Source: Octopus vulgaris
Lineage: Eukaryota
Reading direction: 5' to 3'
Length of the DNA: 64,000 nucleotides
NCBI GenBank assembly: GCA_951406725.2
Contig: OX597816.1
Span: forward strand, 157,790,001-157,854,000
The position numbers and the translations under genes are program-made. The notes beneath the pieces are model-generated. The model saw only the letters and a program-made list of their open reading frames with translations, did no database searches and was not told the DNA's origin. Below, in pieces: positions 1-12,714 of this stretch (position 1 is its first letter; each line of letters starts with the position of its first letter).

Positions 1-691
1 TACAAAGATGGAAAGCAGAATTAGGAAGAGGGCAAAATTACCAAATACATAGGTAAAATGATGTATTGGGTAAAAAGTAGAAAAGGCATACAAAAGAGAC
101 ACAGGAACCAACTGAGAAAGAGATTTGTGGAAAGCAAACTAAAGTCCAAGAAACCCATGGAACGATTATACAATTGTACGATATGTGATTGAACCCAGTT
201 GTACAACTGAAAAGAAAAGAAAACATACAAAGTTCTTGAAAATAGGATGCCAAGAGAAAAAAATATTAAATTGTTTGAGAAAAAAAAAACTTAAAAACAG
301 GGAAGTGGAGTGAATAAAAATATTATTGCTGAATAAAATGACACTTCCTAAGAAAAATTTAAAAGGAGAAATGTTGTAGGGAATTAGTATTAATGGTAAG
401 CCCCTCCCACATGATGAGTGGAATGAGTTGGTCACTATAAGTAAGGTGATGTCGGTCAGTATTGAGAGAGTACATGTAGACTATGTTGATAGTCATGTCT
501 GTGCTGATATAGTAATTATACTGTGATACTGAGTGGACATTATAATAATCCAACCCTTTGAAGATAATAACACAGTACAACTGAGGGGGTCATACAGTGA
601 CAAATAGAAACATTCTATTGACAACTTTGGAATATAACAACATCTGTCAGAGTGACAACCATTGTACAAAGACAGATACAACATATATGTA

Positions 692-2255
692 CAGTATTTC
701 ACAGAAGTATGTACTCCTGAAAAATTTCAGTAAAATTGTCATTACTCTGATAATATCAAAGGAAATGAAACGAAATTTATGCTGAATAAAATATATTATA
801 CATGCAAACATTATACAAATTTTGAACACAAAACAATAAACATTTTCAAAGATATGAACGAAATATTAATTTTCGAATGATACAAAAATATGTACTCTAA
901 AGGATTATTTGCTATATTCAATATTTGGTGTGACCACTCTTGCTTTCAATGACCGCATTAAGACTTATGGGCATAGAATCGGCTAAATTTCCGCATATAA
1001 CAGATAAAATTGAGCTCCATTTATCCTAAATGATGTCTTTCAACTGTGTTACATTGCAGGGTTTTTTCTCATCAATTTTCCCTTTCAAAACACCACACAG
1101 ATGTTCTATTGGGTTTAAATCAGGTGTCATGGTAGGCCAAGGCAATACCTTTACCTTTTTATCTAATAAAAACTTAATCATCATCTTTGAAGTGTGTTTA
1201 GGGTCATTATCATGTTGGAATGTGGAATGTCTCCCTAGTTCCTTAATGCTTTTCAATATTGCTCTCAATAAATGTGAATCCTCCCACACCAGCTGCACTC
1301 ATGCATCCCCAAAGCATAAGACTTCCACCACCATGTTTCATTTGTTACTATTATCTTCACCTAGCCATTGCCATATTCATTTAATACCGTCTGACCCAAA
1401 GAAATTGATTTTAGTCTTGTCAGAAAAAGAACTTTATTCTAAAATTCCTTCCTCTTACTCACATAGGTTTTGGCAAAAGAAAGACGACTTGATTTATGCC
1501 CGATTGTGAGGAGAGTCTTCCTACGAGGAATGCGTCCATGAAGACCACACTGGTTCAAACATTGGTGAATTGGTTGGGCAGATACACTCTTTCCACTAAC
1601 AGAAGACACTTCTTTGGCCAAAGCTGAAATGGTATGATGCCTGTCGTCCATCACACAATGTTGGATGTAGCGAATATCACCCACAATTAATATAGGACAA
1701 CCTGGATAATGTTCATTGTTTAGCCATCCAGTAGCTTTGTAGTTCTGAATTACTTTGTGTTCGTGCTAATATGTATTCGTTTGCTAATTAACTTGTATCC
1801 TAAACCATTCTTGTGCAAATTAAAAATAATTTTCTTCAAATCTTCAGACAATTATTTTCCTATTGGTGTCATTTTAATCACAATGAAGATTTTCACCACA
1901 TTATTCAAATCAGAATTCCTGCAGATGGGATAACAATGACTGGGGCATAAATGCCAGGAGAATAATTTACTAGAGTTCAAATTATCAGCAATATCTGAAT
2001 TTAGTAAAAAAATGTGGATAGAATATTGAATATAGCAAATTTCCTTTAGGGTGTACATATTTTTGTAACGTTTGAAAATTAATATTTCATTCATATCTTT
2101 GAAAATGTTTACTGTTTTGTGTTCTAAATTTGTATTGTTTGCATGTATAATATATTTTATTCAGTATAAATTTTGTTTGGTTTCCTTTGATATTATCAGA
2201 GTAATGACAATTTTACTGAAATGTTTTTAGGGATGTACATAATCCTGAGATACTA
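692..2255 (-). mobile_element. Tc1-like DNA transposon with ~230-bp IR/DR-type TIRs and a decayed transposase
   Basis: TA-flanked TIRs at about 692-925 and 2022-2255. Frameshifted transposase pieces: LHGRIPRRKTLL, FQHDNDPKH, WPTMTPDLNPIEHL. Confidence 0.92.
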
Positions 2256-2367
2256 TATATATATATAGTTAATCCAAACATGAACAAAGAGAAAACACAA
2301 CAACGTGAGGATGTGTAATAAGTATATATATATATATGTGTGTGTGAGTGTATGTATGTATATATCA

Positions 2368-3070
2368 GAGTAAAAGGTAGACTGTACGACACATATGTAC
2401 GAACAGCCATGCTACATGGCAGTGAAACATGGGCCATGACTGCTGAGAACATGCGTAAGTTCACAAGGAATGAATCCAACATGCTCTGATGGATGTGTAA
2501 TGTCAGTGTGCATACTCGACAGAGTGTTAGTGCCTTGAGAGAAAGGTTGGACCTAAGAAGCATCAGATGTGGTGTGCAAGAGAGACGACTGCGCTGGTCA
2601 TGTGGCGAGAATGGATGTGGATAGCTGAGTGAAAAAGTTCCACACCCTAGCAGTTGAGGGAACCTGTGGAAGAGATAGACCCAGGAAGACATGGGATGAG
2701 GTGGTGAAGCATGACCTTCAAACACTGGGCCTCACCAAGGCAATGACTAGTGACTGGGACCTCTGGAAATATGCTGTGTTTGAGAAGACTCAGCAAGCGC
2801 AAGTGAGACCATAACCTTGTGACCTACATCAGGAGTGTAACCAGTCCACTTATGCGTGCCTTTCCTTCAATGGATACTAAACTCTGCTTGTGAAGACTTG
2901 TTGAGGCAAGTGAAATCGAAAGCAAATTCGATGACTGGCATCCGTGCTAGTGGAGCACTAAGAGTACCATACGAGTGAAATCAGGACCAGAACAACAAGA
3001 TGGCCTCTGTGCCAATTGCACATTAAAAACAGCATTCGAGCATGATCATTACCTGTATCGCCTTACTAGC
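2368..3070 (+). mobile_element. RTE LINE 3' fragment
   Basis: Encodes RVKGRLYDT...GRDRPRKTWDEVVKHDL with stops; same family as 22203-24070. Confidence 0.85.
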
Positions 3071-3871
3071 ACTTATTTTTTGTGTAATGCAATGACTTTT
3101 CCTAAGTATTACAATATATGTAGAAAAATAAAGAAACGTTTAGTTGAATAAAATACTTTGGAAATGTTCACACATTCTAAGTGAAACAGGATACAAAAGT
3201 GCACCTGTTATATAAAGTGAACATTGTTAAAAAAACCACAGCATCGTGTTTTTTCATGATAAAAGAGCATATTACATGCAAATAAATGTAGTAACTATGC
3301 TAATTTTCAGAATAATTAACATATACATATTATACATGTAAAGACTGAGTTGTATCAGGCTGACTTTTCTTTTTAAAGATAAGGTAAAGAAGGAAGAGGT
3401 AAGATACATGACCACTGTAAGTCTTCTGAGACCAGTGAGCTTCATATTGTTAATGTTCCATTTAAACTATTGTAGGTCAACACTGGCTGGAAAGACATGC
3501 GCAGAGAGAAGGCTCAAGAGAGGCAATATTTGGGGGAGAAAGGACTGGTTAGTGGTTGGTGCAGGGCCAAGTGTGTTGGATACAACAAGGATGATGAGAG
3601 ATAGAAAGAGTAGCAAGCTCCAAGAAAGAGAGACCAGCAGAGTAACAGCAGAAAAAACAGAGAAAGGAGACAGAGTACCAATGGATCAGAGGCAAGAGAA
3701 TATCAATTAATGATTGAATGCTAATTAATCAAGAGGCCCTTCACTAGATGCAGTCCAGCATATATGGGTGCTATTTGATGTAAGAATCTTCTATATAATC
3801 TGCTTGATTGTTTTCATCATGGAATTCTTTATAGTTTTGCTTCCCTGGGCATGAATACATTACAACTCTTG

Positions 3872-4315
3872 TCTTCTTCTTGTCTTGAGACAACATTCAC
3901 CTGGGGTGGGTTGAGCTGGCTTCATTCATCCTTAATGCTGCATCGCTCACAAGCGCCAACCAGACCTGGTGATTTGATGCTAACAACCGCTTGATCTCCA
4001 ACCACTCCTTATTTCAGCAGCGAACACCATAGATATGGAGGCCTAGGTTGGGTTCCAGATCAGCCTTGACTGTCATCAGCCATGTTTTTCGTTGCCTACC
4101 ACATCGCTTTCACAAACCATGAAGGGGAGCTGGGGCAATTGCTTCGTAGATGAATTCTCCTGGTTGATGACGAAGGGCATGACCCAGCCAACGCAGATGT
4201 CTCGTTAGGATGACTTGTCGGAGGGAGGTGATTTTGCACTGGTGCTGCACCGAATTGTTGGAGACAAAGTGATGCCATCGGACACAAAGGATGCAGCGTA
4301 GACAGAGGTGATAGA
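3872..4315 (-). mobile_element. RTE-clade LINE 3' fragment (second family)
   Basis: RHLRWLGHALR...RKTW motifs; short gaa-type tail at the left end. Confidence 0.7.
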
Positions 4316-4789
4316 AGGATTCTAGTTGCTTAATATCTTCCACCCTCATCAGCCATGAGAACAATGGAAGAAAATTAAAGCTCTGATATCTGGCAACTGA
4401 CTTGGTAGACACCCACAAGATTATCCATCATCTTTTCAACAACAACCTTGGACACCTTTTTGAATTCCATGTATAACACTCATGAGCAGCTTTAACTTGT
4501 GTTTTTCTTGGTTATATTGTCAAGCTGAAAAGTGCTTATTTTGCTTTTGGCAATTAATTTTTATTTTTGATGTTGCATAAAAAAACGTCTGCATTCTGTT
4601 GAAATGTGGGTTCACATTTAGGTTATTATTGTGAGAGAAGTTTGTTGTTGATGCTGCTAGGAGCCTCTGATGTGAAATATATTTGTGATGTCGAGTATAT
4701 CAATAAGTTCCAATAAGGAATGTTGGTGGAGCATTCTCAAAAAAATGGTCTGAAATAGATCTGATGTTGTTTGAAATATAAAAAAAATA

Positions 4790-5765
4790 TGTAATGGTAC
4801 TTTTTACATGCCACCAGCATGGGTGGAAGACAGGAGGCACTGGCATTAGCCATGACTATGATTCCACTTGATTCAACATGTTTTCTCAAGCACAGGATGT
4901 TGCCCAACAATTGAAGGGTACTTTTAATCGAGCTGGTAATGCAACACTGACATTGGCCATGGCTGCAATCTCACTTGGCTTGCTGGGTCTTTTCAATCAC
5001 AGGATATCTTCAAAGGTTTTGGTCACAGGTCATTGCATCTGTGAGGCTCAACGTTTGGAGGTCAGGCTTCACCACCTCATTCCATGTCTTCAACAGATCC
5101 CCTCCACTGTTAGGATGTCATACTTCTTCACACAGCTGTCCTCGTCCATACACAACACATGACCATACCAGCACAGTTGTCTCTCTTGCACACCACATCT
5201 GGTGCTTCGTATGTCTAGCTTTTCTTTCAGGGTGCACACTGACATCATACATCCAGTGGAGAATACTAGCTTCATTTCTTTCAAGCCTATGTATGTCCTC
5301 AGCAGTCACAGCCCATATTTCACTGCCGTGTAGCATGGCTGTTCACACACATGCATCATACAGTCTACCTTTCACTCTGAGCAAGAGGCCCTTTGTTAGC
5401 AGCAGAGGTAGAACTCTCTGAACTTTTCCCAAGTTATTCTTATTCTAGCAGCCACACTCTCAGAGCATCCACTCCTGCTACCAACGTGGTCAACTAGGTA
5501 ACGGAAGCTATGAACTTCTAGTTTTTCCCACTGGCATGTGATGGAATCTGTTTTCTGCACATCTTCAGTGTTTATTGCTCCTGTGCATCTGCCACACAAA
5601 AACTATCTTTCCAGTTAGCCTTCTTTTGATATTGCTGCACCTCTTATGTGTCCATAGCTTACACCGAGTACATCTTATGGAGTTTCTACCTATGCCTTTT
5701 CTACAGATTAAGCAGGACCATCTACCTGAAGGGATTTGTGATTTGTCTGCCTTCCTACTTAGTGA
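4790..5765 (-). mobile_element. RTE LINE fragment with PHD-like finger
   Basis: CLICRKGIGRNSIRCTRCKLWTHKRC and WYGHVLCMDEDSCVKK; frameshifted. Confidence 0.88.
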
Positions 5766-6196
5766 GATTGGAATGACATTGTAGAGTAGGTGTGAGAGGT
5801 TAATTCTAGCCAGTTTGAACATAAAACAGGTAGAATATTTAAGCCAGATATAACTCGTTTAAATGCTAAAGGACTAAATATTTTCACATGTCATAGCAAT
5901 TCCAATAATAACTTAAATATCAGCTGGCTGATACCCTAGCATCTTAAGCCTTCATGCTCTCCTTAGAAATATTGGTTTCAAATTTTGGCACAAGGCCAAC
6001 AATTTCGAGGAATGGGGTAAATCAATTACATTTATCCCAGTGCTTAACTAGTACTTATTATATTGACCCACGAAGGGATGAAAGGCAAAGTTGACCATGG
6101 CAGAATTTGAACTCGGATGGACAAAATGCCACTAAATGTTTAGCTCAGTGAGCTAACAACTCTGCCAACTCACCACCTTTCTCCTTAGGAATACTA

Positions 6197-6448
6197 TTGG
6201 ATTGGTGCATAATTATTGCAGCATTTTTCCAACAAATTTTATTCAACAAAAAAAATAACAACATGTAACAAAAAAAATCTTTAAATGATTATTCCAGAGC
6301 ATATTCACCATCTACTTCAATTACTGCTTCCCATTTGCTCAGCAGATGGTCAGACCATCATTTAAAAATGTTTTTGTTAAATATTGTTATTGTTTTTGTT
6401 GAATAAAATTTGTTGAAAAAACGCTGCAATGATTATGCACCAACCCAA
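6197..6448. mobile_element. Mariner-derived MITE
   Basis: TA-flanked ~90-bp TIRs (TTGGRTTGGTGCATAAT). The core encodes a transposase C-terminal remnant KWEAVIEVDGEY on minus. Confidence 0.85.
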
Positions 6449-6464
6449 TAAATCTAATACTTAC

Positions 6465-6615
6465 CACTAAACTCTCCTTTGTCAAGAAAGTCCTTCAACT
6501 CAATCGCATCAGAATTCAGTATGCAGCCAAGGTCTTTCAAATTTGATCTTAAAGAATTAGTGTCGCAAACAGGATGAGTGAGACAGATGTTCAAATGTAA
6601 AACGCAGTTATAATA
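6465..6615 (-). CDS. SH2 end/linker/P-loop exon of the Csk-like paralog: YYNCVLHLNICLTHPVCDTNSLRSNLKDLGCILNSDAIELKDFLDKGEFS
   Basis: ttttag acceptor and gtaagt donor; 151 bp open frame, phase 0 to 1. Aligns by eye with Csk HY...LIKP...[21 protein letters not shown]. Not in the ORF track. Confidence 0.8.
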
Positions 6616-6735
6616 CTAAAATGATAAAAAACAAAAAAAGGTAAGTAGAAGATTATATAGAATTCAAGGTATCTAACAACTTAATATCTTAACATCAATA
6701 TACACACACACATATATATGTGTGTATATATATAC

Positions 6736-6814
<79 letters not shown>

Positions 6815-8508
6815 TACACACACATACATATATACATGCACATCATCATCATTTAACGTCCGTTTTCCATGCTGGCATGGGTTGGACGGTTTGGTTGAGG
6901 TCCTGGCAAGCCAGGAGGCCACACCAGGCTTCAATCTGATCTGGCACTGTTTCTACAGTGGGACAGGACTAATGGGATCTTTCAACCCTACTTTTTTTCT
7001 GTTCGCTCACCAATTACATGCAGGAGTGGTGGGGGGAGACAGCTTTTGTCATGGGACCAACACAGGAATAGGTGTCTTGTATGCTGTAAGTGTACAGAGC
7101 ACTGAAATAACCTGACCAAGGAGAGAGACAGAGAGCAATGAGAGAAGGAAGGTTAGAATGAATAGTTGAAAGGAACAAGATTAGAGACAGAGTAATTGGA
7201 GTGAAAATAGAGGAGAGTAGTAATTGTCCACTTCTGCAATGGCAAAAGTGGACAAACACAAGAGTGATGAATGACAAAAGAAATGTTGCAGGAGGAAGAG
7301 AATGATGATTGCAGTACAGAAACGGTGAAGTTAGAGTGTGTTAGGTACAGGTGTGTTCTATGTAGACTCTTATACACAGACCTAGTGAAAGGTGAGAGAG
7401 AGAGGAATGAAGGATGACAGTAGAGGGTTTTCAATATAGGTAGACCCTGTATCATTCATTGTCATGTTAACGCATGTTGTTCAGTGGCTAGGGTATTCAA
7501 CTCAAGGCTCTGAGTTCAATTCCCAGTGGAACATGGTGTCCCTGAGCAAGACACTTTATTTTCATGTTGCTCCAATCCAACCAGTTAACAAAAGTAGTAT
7601 CTGTATTTCAAAGGACCACTCTTGTCTACTTTAAAGGTATGTGCATTTGTGGAGTGCTCAGTCATTTGCATGTTAATTTCACAAGCAGGCTGTTCCATTG
7701 ATAAGATCAACTGGAACTCTGGTTGTCATAATCAACAGAGTGCCATTGTCACGCAAGCTGAGCAGGCAGTGAGGAAACAATCATCATCATCATCATCATC
7801 ATCATCATTTAACGTCCATTTTTCATGCTTGCACGGGTTGGACGGTTCGACCAGGGTCTGGGAAGCCAGGAGGCCGCACCAGGCTCCAGTCTGATCTGGC
7901 AGTGTTTCTACAGTTGGGTGCCCTTCCTAACGCCAACCACTCCATGAGTGTAGTGGGTGCTTTTTACGTGCCACCGGCACAGGTGCCAGGGGAGGCTGGC
8001 AGCGGCCACGATCGGTTGGTGCTTTTATGTGCTACCGGCACAGAAGCCAGTCAAGGCGGTGCTGGCAAGAAGAAGATATACATATATTAGAGAACAGAGT
8101 GAAGTAATACCACTCTTTTACCAGCATCTAATGTGTCTCCTTTCATTATGATGTGCGAGCATCAAGACACTGCATCAGAGATGTTGGAATCTAATACCCT
8201 CTAGCTCTCTCCTTCCTACCAACACTATATTGTTACCAATGTCTCTGTCCATCATAACGCCTGGTTAATAAGAGGGTGCATTATACCCAAGAAGCCCCAC
8301 ATCAACTTTCACTTTCTCTGCTATAGTACCATCAGTGTCTTTCCATCACCATCTCAACCACTCATTACTCATGTCTTCACTTACTAGCTAACATTACCCT
8401 TCTATACTCCTAGTATCTGCTACATTTTCATCATGTAGTCACTACTGGTACCTATCATACTCTTATCACCAACCATTTTACAACTATACATCACTTGCTC
8501 TATATATA

Positions 8509-8735
8509 AGGCAGCGAGCTGGCAGAAACGTTAGCACGCCGGGCGAAATGCGTAGCCATATTTCGTCTGTCATTACGTTCTGAGTTCAAATTCCAGTGAG
8601 GTCAACTTTGCCTTTCATCCTTTCGGGGCCGATAAATAAAGTACCAGTTACGCACTGGGTCGATGTAGTTGACAATCCCTTTGTCTGTCTTTGTTTGTCC
8701 CCTCTATGTTTAGCCCCTTGCAGGCAATAAAGAAA
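8509..8735 (+). mobile_element. tRNA-derived SINE, family A (other copies at about 5970-6180, 29245-29455, 36625-37612, 50715-50925)
   Basis: A-box TGGCAGAAACG and B-box GAGTTCAAATTCC; central GCCTTTCATCCTTTCGGGGYCGATAAA motif; many copies in the window. Confidence 0.85.
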
Positions 8736-9349
8736 TACATACATCACTTGCTCTCTCCCATTACCCTGTGCCATTAATCTCATTACACTATCAATACTAT
8801 CTCTTCGATTACTTCTAGCAAGCTCTTTCCCTTTCCTCCCTCCTATTCAAACTGTCAACCTCAATCACGTCTCCACCTTCATACACTCAATTCTTTCTCT
8901 TTCATCCAAATTGTTCTGCAATCTCCCTCATTTCTACTCATTCTTTTAGCCAAATTGCTTTGTAAAATATAAGACAATGTAGAATAGTGAAGATTTCCAT
9001 TTTAATGCTGGTCTCATGACAAATGCAGCCAGTTCTGTCTGTAAAGCAGTTGCCAAATGAGTTGAGAAGAGTATGAGATGTTTAAGCACAGTGTTTTTAG
9101 CATAGATTATTTGGCATCACTGATTGAATTCAGACTTCTTTGACATCGGGCACTTTTATGTTTCTCTCATGTGGTATGGGTTCCTCTCATAATGTCGATC
9201 CTTTCCATCTTGGATATATCCAGAACCTAACAGCAATTTCTCACATGGCAGATCTTTGTGGTTTTTGTCACGGTTTACAATTTTGTTCCATTTGTTTTCA
9301 AGTTTAGTATATGGATTAAGTTTTGTATACTAATTATAAAAATGAACTC

Positions 9350-9742
9350 TCTTTACTCTTTTACTCAGTCATTTGACTGTGGCCATGCTGGAGCACTGCC
9401 TTTAGTCAAGCAAATCGACCCCAGGACTTATTCTTTGTAAGCCTAGTACTTATTCTATTGGTCTCTTTTGCCGAACTGCTAAGTTACAGGGAGGTAAACA
9501 CACCAGCATCGGTTGTCAACTGATGTTGGGGGGACAAACACAGACACACAAACATATACACACACATACATACATACATATATATATACATATATACAAC
9601 AGGCTTCTTTCAGTTTCCATCTACTAAATCCACTCACAAAGCTTTGGTCAGCCTGAGGCTATAGTAGAAGACACTTGTCCAAGGGACTGAACCTGGAACC
9701 ATGTGGTTGATAAGCAAGCTACTTACTACAAAGCCACTCCTG
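9350..9742 (-). mobile_element. tRNA-derived SINE, family B, with internal TA/CA microsatellite
   Basis: Near-identical to 32843-33285 and 59232-59640; GTAAAAGA-type tail. Confidence 0.85.
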
Positions 9743-9748
9743 CACTTT

Positions 9749-9785
<37 letters not shown>

Positions 9786-10310
9786 TAAATATAAAGAAAC
9801 CCTTGTTAATTATATGTATATATAGGATATGCAAGTTAGGCAGGTCAATATACAAAGAAGATTAAATACATTAAATATCAAAAAAGAAAAAAAGTATATA
9901 TGTTTACATGTAAAAAGGTCCAACTTACACAGGAGAGAAATGATATCAAGAATTAAGGGGTTCCTCAAATAATGGCAATTCCCTTTCTCACTATTTCAAC
10001 CATTAATTTTATAGCCTTCATACAAACTAACACAAAGGTCACCATTCACATACTAAACCACTCTCCACTTTTCCTCCTACTTTATACTTCTAGTACTATA
10101 ACTCCCTACCAGCATTCTTATTAACCCCTAACCCTTGAAATTTATTTTCTCCCCCTCACTATTCTCTATCTGAATACTTCCCCAATTCCCCCTCTTCACA
10201 AAATCATCCCATTTTTAATCTGTTTTCTGTCAACACCTCAAATGGAAAATTTCTTCCCTGAAGACAGAGGCTCATATTGTCCAAAGATGGAATCAATTTA
10301 CAAATTTAAA

Positions 10311-10543
10311 GGCGGCGAGCTGACAGAAATGTTAGCACGCCGGGCAAAATGCCTTGCAGTATTTCGTCTGCCGTTATGTTCTGAGTTCAAATTCCGCCAA
10401 GGTCGACTTTGCCTTTCATCCTTTCAGGGTCGATAAATTAAGTACCAGTTACGCACTGGGGTCGATATAATCGACTTAATCGGTTTGTCTGTCCTTATTT
10501 GTCCTCTCTGTGTTTAGCCCCTTGTGGGTAGTAAAGAAATAGG
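10311..10543 (+). mobile_element. tRNA-derived SINE, family A, full length
   Basis: GGCGGCGAGCTG start with A/B boxes; flanked by the direct repeat aatcaatttacaa. Confidence 0.88.
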
Positions 10544-10828
10544 AATCAATTTACAATCATTATTTTGGACCACTCAGCCAGCAGAAACAGCTCCTGGATT
10601 TGTAATATCTTCTTCAAACCCATTAATATTTCTATTCTTTGTAAGTGGGACCTTTTTATATGTAAACATATATACTTCTTTTGTATTAAATATTCTTTGT
10701 ACATCAACCTGCCTAATTTGCTTACCCTTAAATTTACTTCTCTACCCATTCAAATTTAAACCTCTTGAGCACTAAGTGTAGTCTATACGGAAAATATCTA
10801 GTTCTCGTCTATGAGCTATACATACATA

Positions 10829-11127
10829 CTGTGGCAGAGTGGCTAGGTTTCCAGCTTGCCCGATGGCAAGTGGGCCCCTACACCATTAGAATCCATATAT
10901 GGTGGGGCAGGGCATGTTAGTATCTAAGGGGTCCATCCCCTCAAGTTTGAAAATTTTTTATTCACTCCTGGCAGAATGCATTAATTATTTCAGCCTGGCT
11001 GTGTTTGTAGACAATTGAAAAGAATACTTTTAACAAAACAAAAAAAAATTAAATGATAGCATTGTAGTTTCAAGTGGGCCCCCTTAGTCTCCTGGCAACC
11101 AATACTTTTAGACCCAGTCTGCCACTG
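10829..11127. mobile_element. hAT-like MITE
   Basis: TIRs CTGTGGCAGAGTGG / CCAGTCTGCCACTG with a perfect 8-bp TSD catacata. Confidence 0.75.
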
Positions 11128-11451
11128 CATACATATATACACACACATACATATATATATACACATACACACACACATACACATATATACACACATACAC
11201 ATATATACACACATACACACATATACACATATATATATATATAAGTATTAGCCATGCAAATTCCTCAGAAAATTAACTTAAAAGTACAAAGTGAGATAGG
11301 GGTTATGAGTGTAACCCACTATGGGATATCAGTTATCCAATATACTGCCAGTGAAGTACCCAAAAGGCTAATACATAAATGCTTACAATTGCAATGCAAT
11401 TAGTTCATTGATTGTATTAGATGGGTGAAGGAAAATGTTTTACCTCAAATC

Positions 11452-12167
11452 ATAATACAAATAAGAAAATGGAGGAACAGATTCCTTTCAATCATCAACT
11501 TACAGATAATACCAATTCATATAATTTATTAACTAATTAAATAGGATCATCCAAATCCAACAGAATAAAATAGAATAAAAAAATACGTAAGATAATACCA
11601 TAAAAATATTACATATAAAATGGATCTTACAGCTGTTTCAGCCTGTAGATAAAGGTATCTCATTGTGCCTATATTAGTCAAATGTATTGAGGTAATATGC
11701 AGTTAAAAATGAGTTACTTATATATATATCTCAAGGCCTCGTCAGAGATTATAAAGTACAATTATGAAAATATAAAATGCAAATATAAATATGAAACAAA
11801 ATACACATACACAAGAATATATTCAAGAATATGTAAATATATATACATATATATATGTGTACATACATATATATATACATATATATAAGTATATATATAA
11901 TAATATACATACACATAAGGTTACAGATAATCAAATATATATACTGGAGTATACATATATATCCACATCAACATGTGAACTGCTGTAAGATCCATTTTAT
12001 ATGTAATATTTTTATGGTATTATCTTACATATTGATGTATATTGTTTTAATATGTTTTATTCTGTTGGATTTGGATGATCCTATTTAATTAGTTAATAAA
12101 TTATATGAATTGGTATTATCTGTAAGTTGATGATTGAAAGGAATCTGTTCCTCCATTTTCTTATTTG

Positions 12168-12173
<6 letters not shown>
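11452..12173. mobile_element. Penelope-like terminal repeat in inverted arrangement
   Basis: Arms at about 11452-11634 and 11982-12173 are reverse complements; the left arm runs into a hammerhead motif. Confidence 0.7.
11624..11749 (-). ncRNA. Type I hammerhead ribozyme motif (Penelope-type, palindromic stem III)
   Basis: Minus strand reads atct-CTGACGA-ggcc[~90 nt]ggct-GAAA-cagctg-TA-agat; all core boxes and stems are present. Confidence 0.7.
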
Positions 12174-12212
<39 letters not shown>

Positions 12213-12681
12213 TTCTTTCTTTCTGGGTCTGACCGTGGTCCGTGCAACATCGATATTCTTCCCAGTGTTTGTGAAATATTTGTATTTCTGCCTTAAAGCT
12301 TCATTTCCACACGCGCCAGCTTAATTCAATTCATCCTTAGTCGAAAGACACCTGTTATTATATACTGTTATTATTTTTATTGTATTTATATTTCTGTAAC
12401 ATTGTCTGTTTTTTTTCCATCCTTGTTTTTGTATACATTCGATGCTTTCTTCCAAGGAATCTAATGCTCTTAGCTTAGTTTCTCCTTGGGGCTGGCCAGA
12501 TTGGAGCAATCTCAAGAATAATCAGCCGAAATTGCGAGGATAATCTGGTTCTTGACTGAAGATAGAAAACTTCAAATGACCCGTCCTTGTTTTCTTTGTA
12601 TCGTCTATCTGGATGATTTGTTGTCCCTTTTTGTATCACCTAGTTGTTCGGATGTTTTGCGTTCTCATCCCATTTTGTATT

Positions 12682-12714
<33 letters not shown>

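Noticed and set aside
8509-8610. tRNA gene
   Set aside because: The A/B boxes belong to a multi-copy SINE head; no complete cloverleaf.
12550-12590. Possible hammerhead (CTGAAGA...CAAA...GTC)
   Set aside because: The GAAA box and stems are not convincingly formed.
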